Part shown: positions 1 to 8,819 of the stretch, one piece after another
How positions within the stretch are numbered: the stretch's first letter is position 1
Layout of the letters: every line of letters begins with the position of its first letter
Virus record (IMG/VR): IMGVR_UViG_3300004481_001312
Location: 5,324-69,323 of that record
Direction: 5' to 3' (one strand)
Length of the DNA: 64,000 bases
DNA from: a virus
Taxonomy: Duplodnaviria > Caudoviricetes
Notes under the pieces: model-generated
Told to the model about the DNA's origin: nothing
What the model saw: only the letters and a program-made list of their open reading frames with translations
The model's database searches: none
Made by a program: the position numbers and the translations under genes

Positions 1-1
1 C

Positions 2-697
2 GACCCGTTCACCAACGACATCCCAACCATCGACGGAACCACCGTCGATGGTGAATACGTCAATGGGCGTGACGTGCTCGAACACGGTGTTTCCGCAGGT
101 CGCACCATCGACGGCTCCATAGGGCCTAACCAGCCGTCGTTAAAAGAAGTACCTCTTTTAAGAAGTACCAAGAAGAAAAACCCCCCCACCCCCCACACAA
201 CGGCACCAGCTATCGTTGCCGGCCCAACAAATATGGGGGAGGAGGAGGAAACCAACGACGAAACCACGGCGATAACGGCAGCGATCCGCCATCAACCCAC
301 ATGGCGCCCGGTTGCCGTACGTGCAGCGGTTCGACAGGCCATCGCCGAGGGGCTTCCAGACCCGGTCGCCTATCGGGTCATCGTTGACCTCGCCAAGGGC
401 GACACCTACGGACCAACAACGGCCGGCCCACAACGCATCATCGCTCGCGGCCCCTGGTGGATCTCTGGCGCGGTTTTCGTGCCAGCACCAACCAAGGACA
501 TCAAGAACGACTGCGAACGCCACACTGGGCAACCATCCCACAACTGCGCATGCTGCGCCGGAGAACGTATCGCAGCAGCAGCAGCAACAACACCCAGAGA
601 ACCAGCAGCACAGCCGACCAAGAGGTCAGAAGAGACCGCCAAGCTTCTCTCTGAGATGAGCGGATACAAGTTCGGCGCTAAGGAGATGGCGGCATGA
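2..697 (+). CDS. Phage replication-initiator-like protein, 5'-truncated by window edge
   Basis: The frame of ORF 74..697 is open from position 2. It has internal iteron-like repeats, an A-rich/C-run block (KKKNPPTP) and a C-terminal CxxH..CxCC motif, an architecture typical of phage rep genes that contain their own origin. Confidence 0.55.
   Translation, partial: DPFTNDIPTIDGTTVDGEYVNGRDVLEHGVSAGRTIDGSIGPNQPSLKEVPLLRSTKKKNPPTPHTTAPAIVAGPTNMGEEEETNDETTAITAAIRHQPTWRPVAVRAAVRQAIAEGLPDPVAYRVIVDLAKGDTYGPTTAGPQRIIARGPWWISGAVFVPAPTKDIKNDCERHTGQPSHNCACCAGERIAAAAATTPREPAAQPTKRSEETAKLLSEMSGYKFGAKEMAA
27..114. repeat. Iteron-like 10-mer CCATCGACGG inside the rep gene
   Basis: Copies at 27-36, 42-51 (inverted, 5-nt spacer) and 105-114, a degenerate copy at 57-66, then an A/T-rich tract at about 140-180. 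Confidence 0.7.
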
Positions 698-861
698 CTA
701 TCACCCACTACTCCGATGGGTACCGCACGGTGGACACGTCGAAGCGGGTGCGCGTGCGGCTCTTCGGAAACGCTGTTACCCCACCGGCAGCCGAGGTAAT
801 CACATCCGCGCTCGTCGAATGTCTGACGGGCGAAGACCTACCACGGAATGTGGCTGCATGA
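694..861 (+). pseudogene. 55-aa C-terminal fragment of a C5-cytosine DNA methyltransferase
   Basis: Hand translation gives MTITHYSDGYRTVDTSKRVRVRLFGNAVTPPAAEVITSALVECLTGEDLPRNVAA. GNAVxPP is Dcm motif X. ATGA overlaps at both ends. Confidence 0.65.
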
Positions 862-1589
862 GCGACACCTATGACCGGTGCGTCACCGGCATGTACGACG
901 ACCCCGATCTAACCGGAGACCTACTCATCATCGGCCTCTACTGGGCGCGCGCCGTCCACCTCGGCACACCATCCCTCGACGACATCGGCCGCTCAACAGC
1001 TAAAGCGATCTACGGAAGGGCAGCCCATAGCACACACCTCGCCACCAGTAGCAGTAACAACTACCAGCGCATCTCAGCCGCCGGAACGCAGCGAGTCTGG
1101 GACGTCGTCCGCTCAGATATTCGTAGATACATACCAGACACTAGCCGGGCCGCCAGATGCCAACGCCCAATCCGGAGCACACCGGAGCAGGTGAAGGAGT
1201 TCGGCGAGTCCTGCGGTCGCCTAACCAGTGGGGAGGCATTCCGGCCACGGTTCGTTGATCCGGTCAATGGAATCAGGTACAGCATCGGCTGCTGCTCGAC
1301 GCCACGCTGTGTTGCCTGGTGGAATGAACTACTCGCTAGGAATCGCGCCGAGGCGGAAGCCAATTGCCCGCCGGAGCCATTCGCGAACAGTGGCGGAATC
1401 CTGGCTAGGCATCTGCCAGACCTCGACTGGGAGCTGATCTACCAAGCGCTCGATCCGACCTGGGTGCCACCGAACGAGGCGGAGCAGTGGCGTCCTCCGA
1501 CGCTGACGGTTATCGTCGATATCGATCACGAGGATTCCGCCGATGTGCCGCGCCCGGCACTCCGTGTCGTGAAGGGCGGATTGCGATGA
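858..1589 (+). CDS. Hypothetical phage protein
   Basis: The ATG overlaps the upstream stop (ATGA); several Cys pairs. Confidence 0.65.
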   Translation: MSDTYDRCVTGMYDDPDLTGDLLIIGLYWARAVHLGTPSLDDIGRSTAKAIYGRAAHSTHLATSSSNNYQRISAAGTQRVWDVVRSDIRRYIPDTSRAARCQRPIRSTPEQVKEFGESCGRLTSGEAFRPRFVDPVNGIRYSIGCCSTPRCVAWWNELLARNRAEAEANCPPEPFANSGGILARHLPDLDWELIYQALDPTWVPPNEAEQWRPPTLTVIVDIDHEDSADVPRPALRVVKGGLR

Positions 1590-1622
1590 GCCACCTACAG
1601 ATCGTTCCCATCCGCATGTACA

Positions 1623-1880
1623 TCATCGCGCACAGATGTGCGCCGTGTCCGGTGTCGCAGGCCGAGCCGACCGGAGTACGGCCTCGTGAAACTCATCGAT
1701 CATCACGTCGAGGGACGTCGAGGATCCAGCCCCCATGGCCGCTATTACCTGGCCAACGGCTCTACCCAGGCATAGCACAGCACCACCAGACCGGTTCGAC
1801 CAGGCGCACACCAACCGGTCCTCCTGCACCACTGACAACGTGTTTTCGTCGAACTCGACCTCAACTCGCACTAACATCAA
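1623..1880 (-). CDS. Hypothetical protein, last gene of the head/glycosylation operon
   Basis: 85-aa ORF overlapping the stop of the upstream GT gene. Confidence 0.45.
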   Translation of the reverse strand: MMLVRVEVEFDENTLSVVQEDRLVCAWSNRSGGAVLCLGRAVGQVIAAMGAGSSTSLDVMIDEFHEAVLRSARPATPDTAHICAR

Positions 1881-2646
1881 CGTCTCCCATCAGTCGCGCG
1901 AACTCGCCCCGGGCCTCCGATACCAACGCGCTCATCGTGGCCGGAGTTGCCGCCTCCCGATACCGATGCCATAGCCGCAACCCGGCCTCTGACCCAACCC
2001 CCCTGGATGTCGTACCGCCACGGCGCATCTTTTCTTGCGGGGGATGCCATAGGTGCCACAACGTAGCGGAATGCATAATCGGCGCACCCGCTAGTCGGTG
2101 TAGCGCCAACGACCACGACAGGTCCTCCTGGCCATAGCCGAAGAACCTCGGGTCGATGGGAATCTCGTTGAACACGTCGCCCAGGAGGACCACTGCCCCT
2201 CCCCCGGCCGAACCAACGTAGGTCTCCTCAACCACTCCGGTCATGTCACATGGCAACGGTCGGGTGAGGTCGATACCACCGTTAATAGCTAGCCACGTTC
2301 CCGGCTCCGTCAACCGGTGCACGATCCGAAACGGCATAGCCCACCGGGCCTGCTGACGTCCCCTGTTAGCGGGTCCAACCGCGTCAACTGCTACACCAAC
2401 ACCAACGGGTAGCACGTCAGCGTCTGACACCACTACCACATCATCATCCTGCACGCGGATACCTGCGTTCCGTACCGCGCAGCCCTTCCTCCACGGCCCC
2501 CGGTCCTTCGGCCACTCCCCAATCGCAACCGGCCAAGCAGGGTAGTTCTCCGCCCACCACCGGATCACATGGTCAAACGCGCGTTGCCGGTGCCCACACC
2601 CACTCCGCCACGGAATCACAATCCATACGGTCACGTCGTCTCCCAT
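1861..2646 (-). CDS. GT-A glycosyltransferase (GT2/GT7C-like)
   Basis: IVIPWR start, DxD motif (SDADV), FFGYGQED motif resembling GWGxED of galactosyltransferases, HLWH. Confidence 0.8.
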   Translation of the reverse strand: MGDDVTVWIVIPWRSGCGHRQRAFDHVIRWWAENYPAWPVAIGEWPKDRGPWRKGCAVRNAGIRVQDDDVVVVSDADVLPVGVGVAVDAVGPANRGRQQARWAMPFRIVHRLTEPGTWLAINGGIDLTRPLPCDMTGVVEETYVGSAGGGAVVLLGDVFNEIPIDPRFFGYGQEDLSWSLALHRLAGAPIMHSATLWHLWHPPQEKMRRGGTTSRGVGSEAGLRLWHRYREAATPATMSALVSEARGEFARLMGDVDVSAS

Positions 2647-2843
2647 TTGAGTTCCAGAAACGGCTGGTCGTGGAACGTGTCGGCCGTGATTCGCGCTTCC
2701 ATAGGAATCCCGTTATTGATCATATATCGGACAAGGGCGAACACGGTGGTCGACGCGACGTCGAGATTTCCCCGGACGTATTCCAACGGAACACTCCCAA
2801 CGTCGAGCTGATGTTGTTCCGGTGGAAGCATCAAAACTGCCAT
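2631..2843 (-). CDS. Hypothetical protein
   Basis: 70-aa ORF overlapping both neighbours within the operon. Confidence 0.55.
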   Translation of the reverse strand: MAVLMLPPEQHQLDVGSVPLEYVRGNLDVASTTVFALVRYMINNGIPMEARITADTFHDQPFLELKWETT

Positions 2844-3106
2844 CCACCATGTACCTCGAACTCCGGCCCGTCCTTCCAGGCGCGTTCCCGGACGTACCGG
2901 TTGACGCGACGTCGCGCTATCCGGGCCGCACGCTTCCGACCGAACACGTCCGTCGTGTCAACCTCCACGTCGCCTAGGCCGTCACCCGAAACGGGAACGA
3001 ATATCCGAATCCGCCACGTCCACCGGCCGGCCCTGGACACCCGCGCGTACGCCCTGCCGTGCTGGAACGAACCGATATCAAGAATTTCCTGGTGAACCAT
3101 CACCAT
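2831..3106 (-). CDS. Hypothetical basic protein
   Basis: Likely start MVMVHQE overlaps the stop of 3100..3285. Confidence 0.5.
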   Translation of the reverse strand: MVMVHQEILDIGSFQHGRAYARVSRAGRWTWRIRIFVPVSGDGLGDVEVDTTDVFGRKRAARIARRRVNRYVRERAWKDGPEFEVHGGWQF

Positions 3107-3285
3107 CTGTCCCTTCCCATGAGGGTCGCGACGGTCCGCATCCACGCGACGGTTTTTCCGTTTCCCGATGGGTGATAACTTTCGGACACGTTCGCGTGTT
3201 CGATCATCATCTTCGCAGACGGTGGCCGTGGTATGACCATCAGACCAGACGGCCGGAGCAACCAGTTCATAGCACGAATGATCAT
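3100..3285 (-). CDS. Small hypothetical protein
   Basis: The ATG overlaps the GT stop (ATGA), so probably translationally coupled. Confidence 0.4.
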   Translation of the reverse strand: MIIRAMNWLLRPSGLMVIPRPPSAKMMIEHANVSESYHPSGNGKTVAWMRTVATLMGRDRW

Positions 3286-4076
3286 CGATCATCCCACCGA
3301 CGATATGGTGCCGGATCCCGGATCAAACCGGAGTCGATGGGAGACCGATACCACCAGTGCTTACGCCAAACCTCGGCCAGACCCTCGTCCCCCTCGTTTT
3401 CAAGGATCCGGCCGTATGAGCGCCAATGGGCACCCATGTCTTCTGGAAGGCCAACGGTGGCAGCGTATGCCGCAGCGCCCTGACGGGCCTTATCCACGAA
3501 CTGCTTCGCCGAACGGGCTGGGAAATGCCGTAGTTCAACGACGTCACGGATCGGGAACACGTTGCCCGCGAGGCGAACACCATGGTTGCCCTGCTCGATC
3601 ACGGCCCCCGGCTCCCACCGGAACACAATTTTTGGGAGGATCCCCGGATCGCGTTGCCGCCATATCATCGACTCAAACGGGCACCCGGCCTCATCGATTG
3701 ATGATGCGAGGTGGTTGTACAGATCTGCGTGCAACAGTCGGGTGTCCGCGTTGAACGATGCGAGCACATCCCGGATCCGACCGAGACGCGAGTACCAGAT
3801 CTCGTCGGCATCGAACGGCACGATCCACGTCGCACCACAGCCAGCGGCGCGTTCCGCCAGCGCCGTCATCTTCTCTGACTGGTAGTAGGCCACATCAGGG
3901 TCATCAACCACGGTGAGCGGAAGGTCCCGGGATAGTTCGTCAAGGACCTCCCGAGTTCCGTCCGTTGACCCGTTGTCCGCGATGATCAGTTCATCGACCT
4001 CACCACTGGTGTGTCGGACAACACCCTCGATCACGTCGATTTCGTTCCGGACCATCGACACACCAAACGTCGTCAC
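3282..4076 (-). CDS. GT2-family glycosyltransferase (Glyco_tranf_2_4-like)
   Basis: MVRNEIDVI, IADNGSTDGT, PFDADE (DxD), RHFP. The GTG start at 4076 overlaps the MTase stop (GTGA). Confidence 0.85.
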   Translation of the reverse strand: MTTFGVSMVRNEIDVIEGVVRHTSGEVDELIIADNGSTDGTREVLDELSRDLPLTVVDDPDVAYYQSEKMTALAERAAGCGATWIVPFDADEIWYSRLGRIRDVLASFNADTRLLHADLYNHLASSIDEAGCPFESMIWRQRDPGILPKIVFRWEPGAVIEQGNHGVRLAGNVFPIRDVVELRHFPARSAKQFVDKARQGAAAYAATVGLPEDMGAHWRSYGRILENEGDEGLAEVWRKHWWYRSPIDSGLIRDPAPYRRWDDR

Positions 4077-4723
4077 CGTGGCCTCCTCGCATCGAACAGG
4101 ACCGGGTGAACAACATCCCACGGTGGTGCTGTCGGAGTGTCGAACAGGGCTGGGTATGTGGTCTCCGGCAGCCGGGACGTATTGACCGCTACGAGGAGAT
4201 TCTGCCGATACCAGTTCTCGACCTTGGGGTTGTCCCAGATCATCCACCGGAGCGCACCTGACACCATGTAGTTGTTGGCGTCGAACAGGGCAGCCCAGTG
4301 GGTTGTCGGTTGTTCGTTGAGGTGCCCAGCACCACCCTGGCCAGGAATGGCGGCGGAAAACAGGACCACTTCGGATAGCCGGCAGAGATCCTCAACGAAC
4401 GACTCGGCGCGTCCCGGCGGTAGGTGCTCGGCAACCTCCAAACTCACAGCCAGGTCGAAGTGGCCAATAGTGTTCGGCACCGGTTTGGCCAGATCATGGG
4501 TGTAGTAGGGGATGTGTGTTCGGTCCCCGGATATCCACGGTCCGTCGATACCGAGGACGTCACAGCCGACGTCAGCGAACGCACGAGCCCACCAGCCCTC
4601 GCCGCAGCCGACGTCAACGACGGTTCGTGGGTTGAAATGGTCGGTGACGAGGGGAACGACGACGGCAGCGGAGGCCTGCACACCAGGTCTAATCGTGTCA
4701 TAAAACCATTGGTTGTAGGTCAC
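4073..4723 (-). CDS. Class I SAM-dependent methyltransferase, probably sugar-modifying
   Basis: VVDVGCGEG motif I, FDLAVSLEVAEH, PGQGGAGHLNEQ. Confidence 0.9.
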   Translation of the reverse strand: MTYNQWFYDTIRPGVQASAAVVVPLVTDHFNPRTVVDVGCGEGWWARAFADVGCDVLGIDGPWISGDRTHIPYYTHDLAKPVPNTIGHFDLAVSLEVAEHLPPGRAESFVEDLCRLSEVVLFSAAIPGQGGAGHLNEQPTTHWAALFDANNYMVSGALRWMIWDNPKVENWYRQNLLVAVNTSRLPETTYPALFDTPTAPPWDVVHPVLFDARRPR

Positions 4724-5739
4724 TGGATGTCACCAATCGCCCTACGGATACCCTCATTCAACCCGACCACCGGCCGATAGATTTCCCTCATCCTGGTTGG
4801 GTCACCTACCCGCACCATGACCCCAGTTGGCTGGTCCGCAAGATATGTGACCTCGTCATGGTCAACGGTTCGTCCCATGGCCTTTGCCATATGAACCGCC
4901 AACTCGCCAAACTCGACACCATTACCACTGCACAGATTGACCGGCAACCGACAGTCCTCGTTGTACACGGCGAGGGCACCGTTGACGACGTCGTCAATGT
5001 GGATCCAGTCCCGATACTGGCCACGTGAACCCCACACCGACATGTCTCCGGCCGCTACCCGTTGCAGAACGGCCCGGAACGGATAGGTGAGATCCTGGTC
5101 TCCGCCGTAGCCGGAGAACGGACGAAGGACATGGACTCGCAGGCCCTGCCTGGTTGCGGCATTGGCCAACTGCTCGCCGGTGAGTTTCGCCCATCCATAT
5201 CGGGCGTCCGGTTGCCGGACGTTCACCAGGTCGATCATGTCCTCGTGCAGGGGAATCCATCGCGCCGAACTATCGTCCATGTTGTGGTAGAACGCGGAAC
5301 TCGGTTCCTGTAGGGCGATCGGGTACGCGGCGGACGACGAGAAGTAGAGCACCGCATGCTGCTGGGTGCGAATCGCCCAGTCGAATAGCTGCGCGTCGAG
5401 TTCGAGGTTCAACGCCAGTAGCGACGGATTCCCATCGATCGCGGCGCGTCCGCCGACGTGGTAGGCGCAATGCACCACAAGATCGAACTGGGTTGGCTCA
5501 TAGTCATTGATACCGAAGACCCGTCGAAGTCGCGCACCATAGCCATGGCCATCTGCCTTGAATAAATCCCGTACATCCCCGTGAAGAAAACCATCGTCGA
5601 CTGTGGAACCGGGAACGGCGCAGCCACGTCGTTCCCTCTCACGGAGATCAATGCCGACGATATCCCAGCCGCGACGCTCTAACTCATCACACATATGCCG
5701 ACCCACGAACCCGGACGACCCGGTAACCAAAGCCCTCAC
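4720..5739 (-). CDS. NAD-dependent nucleotide-sugar epimerase/reductase (extended SDR)
   Basis: LVTGSSGFVG (GxxGxxG), FSSSAAY, YGWAK (YxxxK), RPFSGYG. Confidence 0.92.
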   Translation of the reverse strand: MRALVTGSSGFVGRHMCDELERRGWDIVGIDLRERERRGCAVPGSTVDDGFLHGDVRDLFKADGHGYGARLRRVFGINDYEPTQFDLVVHCAYHVGGRAAIDGNPSLLALNLELDAQLFDWAIRTQQHAVLYFSSSAAYPIALQEPSSAFYHNMDDSSARWIPLHEDMIDLVNVRQPDARYGWAKLTGEQLANAATRQGLRVHVLRPFSGYGGDQDLTYPFRAVLQRVAAGDMSVWGSRGQYRDWIHIDDVVNGALAVYNEDCRLPVNLCSGNGVEFGELAVHMAKAMGRTVDHDEVTYLADQPTGVMVRVGDPTRMREIYRPVVGLNEGIRRAIGDIQ

Positions 5740-6449
5740 CGACGCCCACCTCCCATACTGGCTAGCTGAAAAATGACCTCAGATACCGCCCGTACGACCC
5801 CGGTCGCGTGGAGCTGGCGGAATGCGACCTCATCAACCTCGTAGACCTTCGGATCGTTGACACGCTCATATCCGATGTCCATGGCGGCCTTGCCGTTCAG
5901 GTAGTGCATGTGCTCGACCACGATGTCTGGTAGGTACCGCAGTTTGCCGACCGGCCTGGCCATATCCCGCCACAGCGTGTCGACGTACATATGCCGTAGC
6001 GAAGGGTGGCACATCCACCCCAGCCGCCTTACGATGTCGGCCGACATCGCGCATTGCGTTGGGACAAAATCGAACTGCAACAGGTCGTTGCCATAGACGA
6101 TTCCGGCACCCATCTGTCGGAGCGCCGTCAGATACGCCGCGTCCCAACCATGGGTTCGTGGCCGGTGGTCGTCACCGAGGAACCCAACGGCGGTCACAGC
6201 CGGATTTTCAACGACCCGCAGCGCTGCCTCGTTCAACGCGGCAACCATCCACCCACCCTGGACGACCTCGACTCTACTGACGTCCGGTCGAATACCTGCG
6301 ACTTCGTGATACAGATCGATCATCGGATCGTCGATGTCAACGGCGAGGACCACCACCGTTGTGTGAATCTGCCGGGTATCGACCACCGCGTTGATGAGGT
6401 CGAGTGCCGCGTCCGGGCGGCCCCTAGTTGGAACGATGGCGGTCAGCAT
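5736..6449 (-). CDS. GT-A glycosyltransferase
   Basis: AIVPTRGRP, FLGDD, YGNDL, VEHMH; paralog of 8792..9520. Confidence 0.8.
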   Translation of the reverse strand: MLTAIVPTRGRPDAALDLINAVVDTRQIHTTVVVLAVDIDDPMIDLYHEVAGIRPDVSRVEVVQGGWMVAALNEAALRVVENPAVTAVGFLGDDHRPRTHGWDAAYLTALRQMGAGIVYGNDLLQFDFVPTQCAMSADIVRRLGWMCHPSLRHMYVDTLWRDMARPVGKLRYLPDIVVEHMHYLNGKAAMDIGYERVNDPKVYEVDEVAFRQLHATGVVRAVSEVIFQLASMGGGRR

Positions 6450-6451
6450 TG

Positions 6452-7159
6452 TCAGTACCCCGTTCCTACACGGTTTTGCCCAATGTGTTCAATCCATACC
6501 CCGGAGTCGCGGGATCCCCAATAGGCGTATGTGACCTTGTCACCTGGAACTTCTGGGGTCCCGTAGGTCATGAGGTGATGATGAAAAGTCCCTTCCGAAT
6601 AGCATCCTGGCCGTGAATCCGGCCATGGCACGCCGAGTAGGGACGTTCGGAATAGTGGACAGTTCGTCGTGAAAAACGCGCGCTGCTCCAACCATTGCCG
6701 TCCAGTGTCGTCTCGCATGTCTCGGTACCAGTCCGGGTGCAACTCAACGACGCCACCGGCCGCGATCTCAGCATCGTTCCACGACTGCCGACGTAGAGCC
6801 ACTTCAGCTATATGTGGTCGTTCGTCGAGCAGACTAGCCATTCCATATAGATCGATGGCGCGACTGAAAACGAAATCCTGCTCGATCAGAAACACGAACC
6901 GCGCCGTCGTGTCCTGACGCACCTGCCGCCAAACCTGCTGGTATGCCCCAGCGCACCCTTGACGTGGTCCGCCGTTGATGTGCCAGAACTGTGGGTATTC
7001 CCTAGCGATCCGGTCCCGATATCCCAGGTCACCGGTGTCGTCGTACATCCACTTCTCAACGATGGGGCCATCGAGGTTCCACATCGAGTCGACGCAGCGG
7101 CGAAGGTATCCGTCACGGCCGTCTCCGATGATGACCACAGCGACCGTTTGTTCTTTCAT
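6452..7159 (-). CDS. GT-A glycosyltransferase
   Basis: VVIIGDGRDGYLRRCVDS, YDD, FLIEQDF (ExD variant of DxD), HIG near the C-terminus. Confidence 0.7.
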   Translation of the reverse strand: MKEQTVAVVIIGDGRDGYLRRCVDSMWNLDGPIVEKWMYDDTGDLGYRDRIAREYPQFWHINGGPRQGCAGAYQQVWRQVRQDTTARFVFLIEQDFVFSRAIDLYGMASLLDERPHIAEVALRRQSWNDAEIAAGGVVELHPDWYRDMRDDTGRQWLEQRAFFTTNCPLFRTSLLGVPWPDSRPGCYSEGTFHHHLMTYGTPEVPGDKVTYAYWGSRDSGVWIEHIGQNRVGTGY

Positions 7160-8160
7160 GATGTCAGATTCGCGAGGACGGCACGAAGGTTTCCATGGTC
7201 GATGTCATCGAGGCTGGCTAGTTCTCCTGGCGACAGTGGAGGCACGTCGACATGACTGATCAACGGGTGCACCGGTCGGCAGTCCAGTTCTCTGTCGGAG
7301 AGCCGCTGTTCGTGAAGTTTCTCCCCGGGCCGCAGGCCGGTGTAGGTGATGTCGATGTTCACGTTTAGTTCCTTTGCCAACGCCCTGGCTAAGTCGACGA
7401 TCCGGATTGGCTCACCCATGTCGAGGACGAGCGTTTGTCCTGGACTGCCGATGGATCCGGAGTGGATGGCCAGGGCTACGGCCTCATGAACGGTCATGAT
7501 GTGCCGTGTCATGTCGGGGTGTGTGATGGTGACCGGAAGGCCAGTAAGAAGTTGGTAGGTGAACGTGTCGATAACAGATCCACGGCTACCCAACACGTTA
7601 CCGAACCGTACGGACAGGTACCGGAGTGGCGCGTACCAGGCGGTTATACGTTCGCCTATACGTTTAGTCATGCCAAGGACGCATTCGCACGTTGCCGCCT
7701 TGTCAGTGGATATGTTGATGAATGTGTCGGCACCAGCCGCAGCCGCTAGTCCGGCCACGTTGACGGTTCCCCACACGTTGGTTTTGACCGCCTCACATGG
7801 ATATCGCTCCAATAGCGTCTGGTGCTTTAGCGCCGCTGCGTGTAGGACTACGTTGGGGCGTCTAGTTTTCATGATTTCGGCTAGGCTACGCCGGTCGCGG
7901 ATGTCGGCCAGGATGATATCTGGTGTGTCGAATACTCTACCGGTCATTGATAGTTGGGTGGCGTGTAGTGCTGATTCGTCGCGGTCAATCATGATCAGTT
8001 CTGTTGGTGCCGCAGGGCCGGCCCCATGGATTTGGCGACATAGCTCTGCGCCGATCGATCCACCAGCACCGGTGACCATGACCCTTCTACCCGTTAGGTA
8101 CGATATGTTCGGGTTGGTCTTCCGTGAGGCACGACCCAGCAGAATTTCCTCGTCGATCAT
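7156..8160 (-). CDS. CapD/PglF-like UDP-sugar 4,6-dehydratase, soluble catalytic domain only
   Basis: MVTGAGGSIGAELCRQI, HAAALKH, ISTDKA, VRFGNVLGSRGSV, GLRPGEKLHE. ATG 8160 overlaps the upstream stop. Confidence 0.92.
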   Translation of the reverse strand: MIDEEILLGRASRKTNPNISYLTGRRVMVTGAGGSIGAELCRQIHGAGPAAPTELIMIDRDESALHATQLSMTGRVFDTPDIILADIRDRRSLAEIMKTRRPNVVLHAAALKHQTLLERYPCEAVKTNVWGTVNVAGLAAAAGADTFINISTDKAATCECVLGMTKRIGERITAWYAPLRYLSVRFGNVLGSRGSVIDTFTYQLLTGLPVTITHPDMTRHIMTVHEAVALAIHSGSIGSPGQTLVLDMGEPIRIVDLARALAKELNVNIDITYTGLRPGEKLHEQRLSDRELDCRPVHPLISHVDVPPLSPGELASLDDIDHGNLRAVLANLTS

Positions 8161-8819
8161 AGCAACACCCCTCCCGGGCCTATTCCGTTGGCTGCCTCGA
8201 TCGCTCGGTGGGTCGCCATCTTGACAGCGTGTGAGACGCCACGGTTGCGGGAGTGTGGTCTGACATGCGCCCGGTAGATTGCCGACCTTGTTGCGACAAT
8301 CTTCGCCCCTGCCAGGTGGCATCGTAGCCACAGGTCCCAGTCCTCCGACCAGACGAAGTCGCGCCAACCACCCACCTCGCGGACGAGGTGGGTGCGTACG
8401 GCAGCGCCAACGACGATCCAGTTCCCGGACTGTAGGCATTCCCCGGTGCACTCGTGGCTATGCCCGTAGACCCTGGGAAACGCCGGTGTAGACGTCGTGT
8501 GGCCTCGGTTGACGTACCGGACCATGGGTGCCCTGACATCCCCGAAACCACGGGAATTCATCCCGTCGAGGTATCCGGGTTCGAGTTCGTCATCCGCGTC
8601 GAGGTGCACCACCCATGGGGTTGTAACCTGCGCAACCGCGCCGTTCCGCGCTTCGTGCAGCGTATCCGCGTGCACATGAACGACCCTGCACCCCTCGGCT
8701 TGAGCTGACGGGATCGCGCGGGTTACGGCAAGGCGTCTCCAATCTTCTTCACCGAACGTGCCGATCACGATCGTCGTCGTATCAGCCGTGATCAGTTGAT
8801 TCCGCCGTTCTTCTCCCAT
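8157..8819 (-). CDS. GT2-family glycosyltransferase
   Basis: EARNGAV, VHLDADD (DxD), VGGW..SEDWDLWLR. Confidence 0.85.
   Translation of the reverse strand: MGEERRNQLITADTTTIVIGTFGEEDWRRLAVTRAIPSAQAEGCRVVHVHADTLHEARNGAVAQVTTPWVVHLDADDELEPGYLDGMNSRGFGDVRAPMVRYVNRGHTTSTPAFPRVYGHSHECTGECLQSGNWIVVGAAVRTHLVREVGGWRDFVWSEDWDLWLRCHLAGAKIVATRSAIYRAHVRPHSRNRGVSHAVKMATHRAIEAANGIGPGGVLL

Noticed and set aside
1487-2137. 216-aa plus-strand ORF, with a possible gene start MSHLQIVPI at 1586
   Set aside because: Overlaps minus-strand operon genes and reads as shadow sequence after the first few codons.
7156-8451. Track starts extending into upstream genes (8451, 4247, 14785, 17228, 60071)
   Set aside because: Shorter starts give ATGA/GTGA coupling or align with family N-termini; the extensions overlap real genes.
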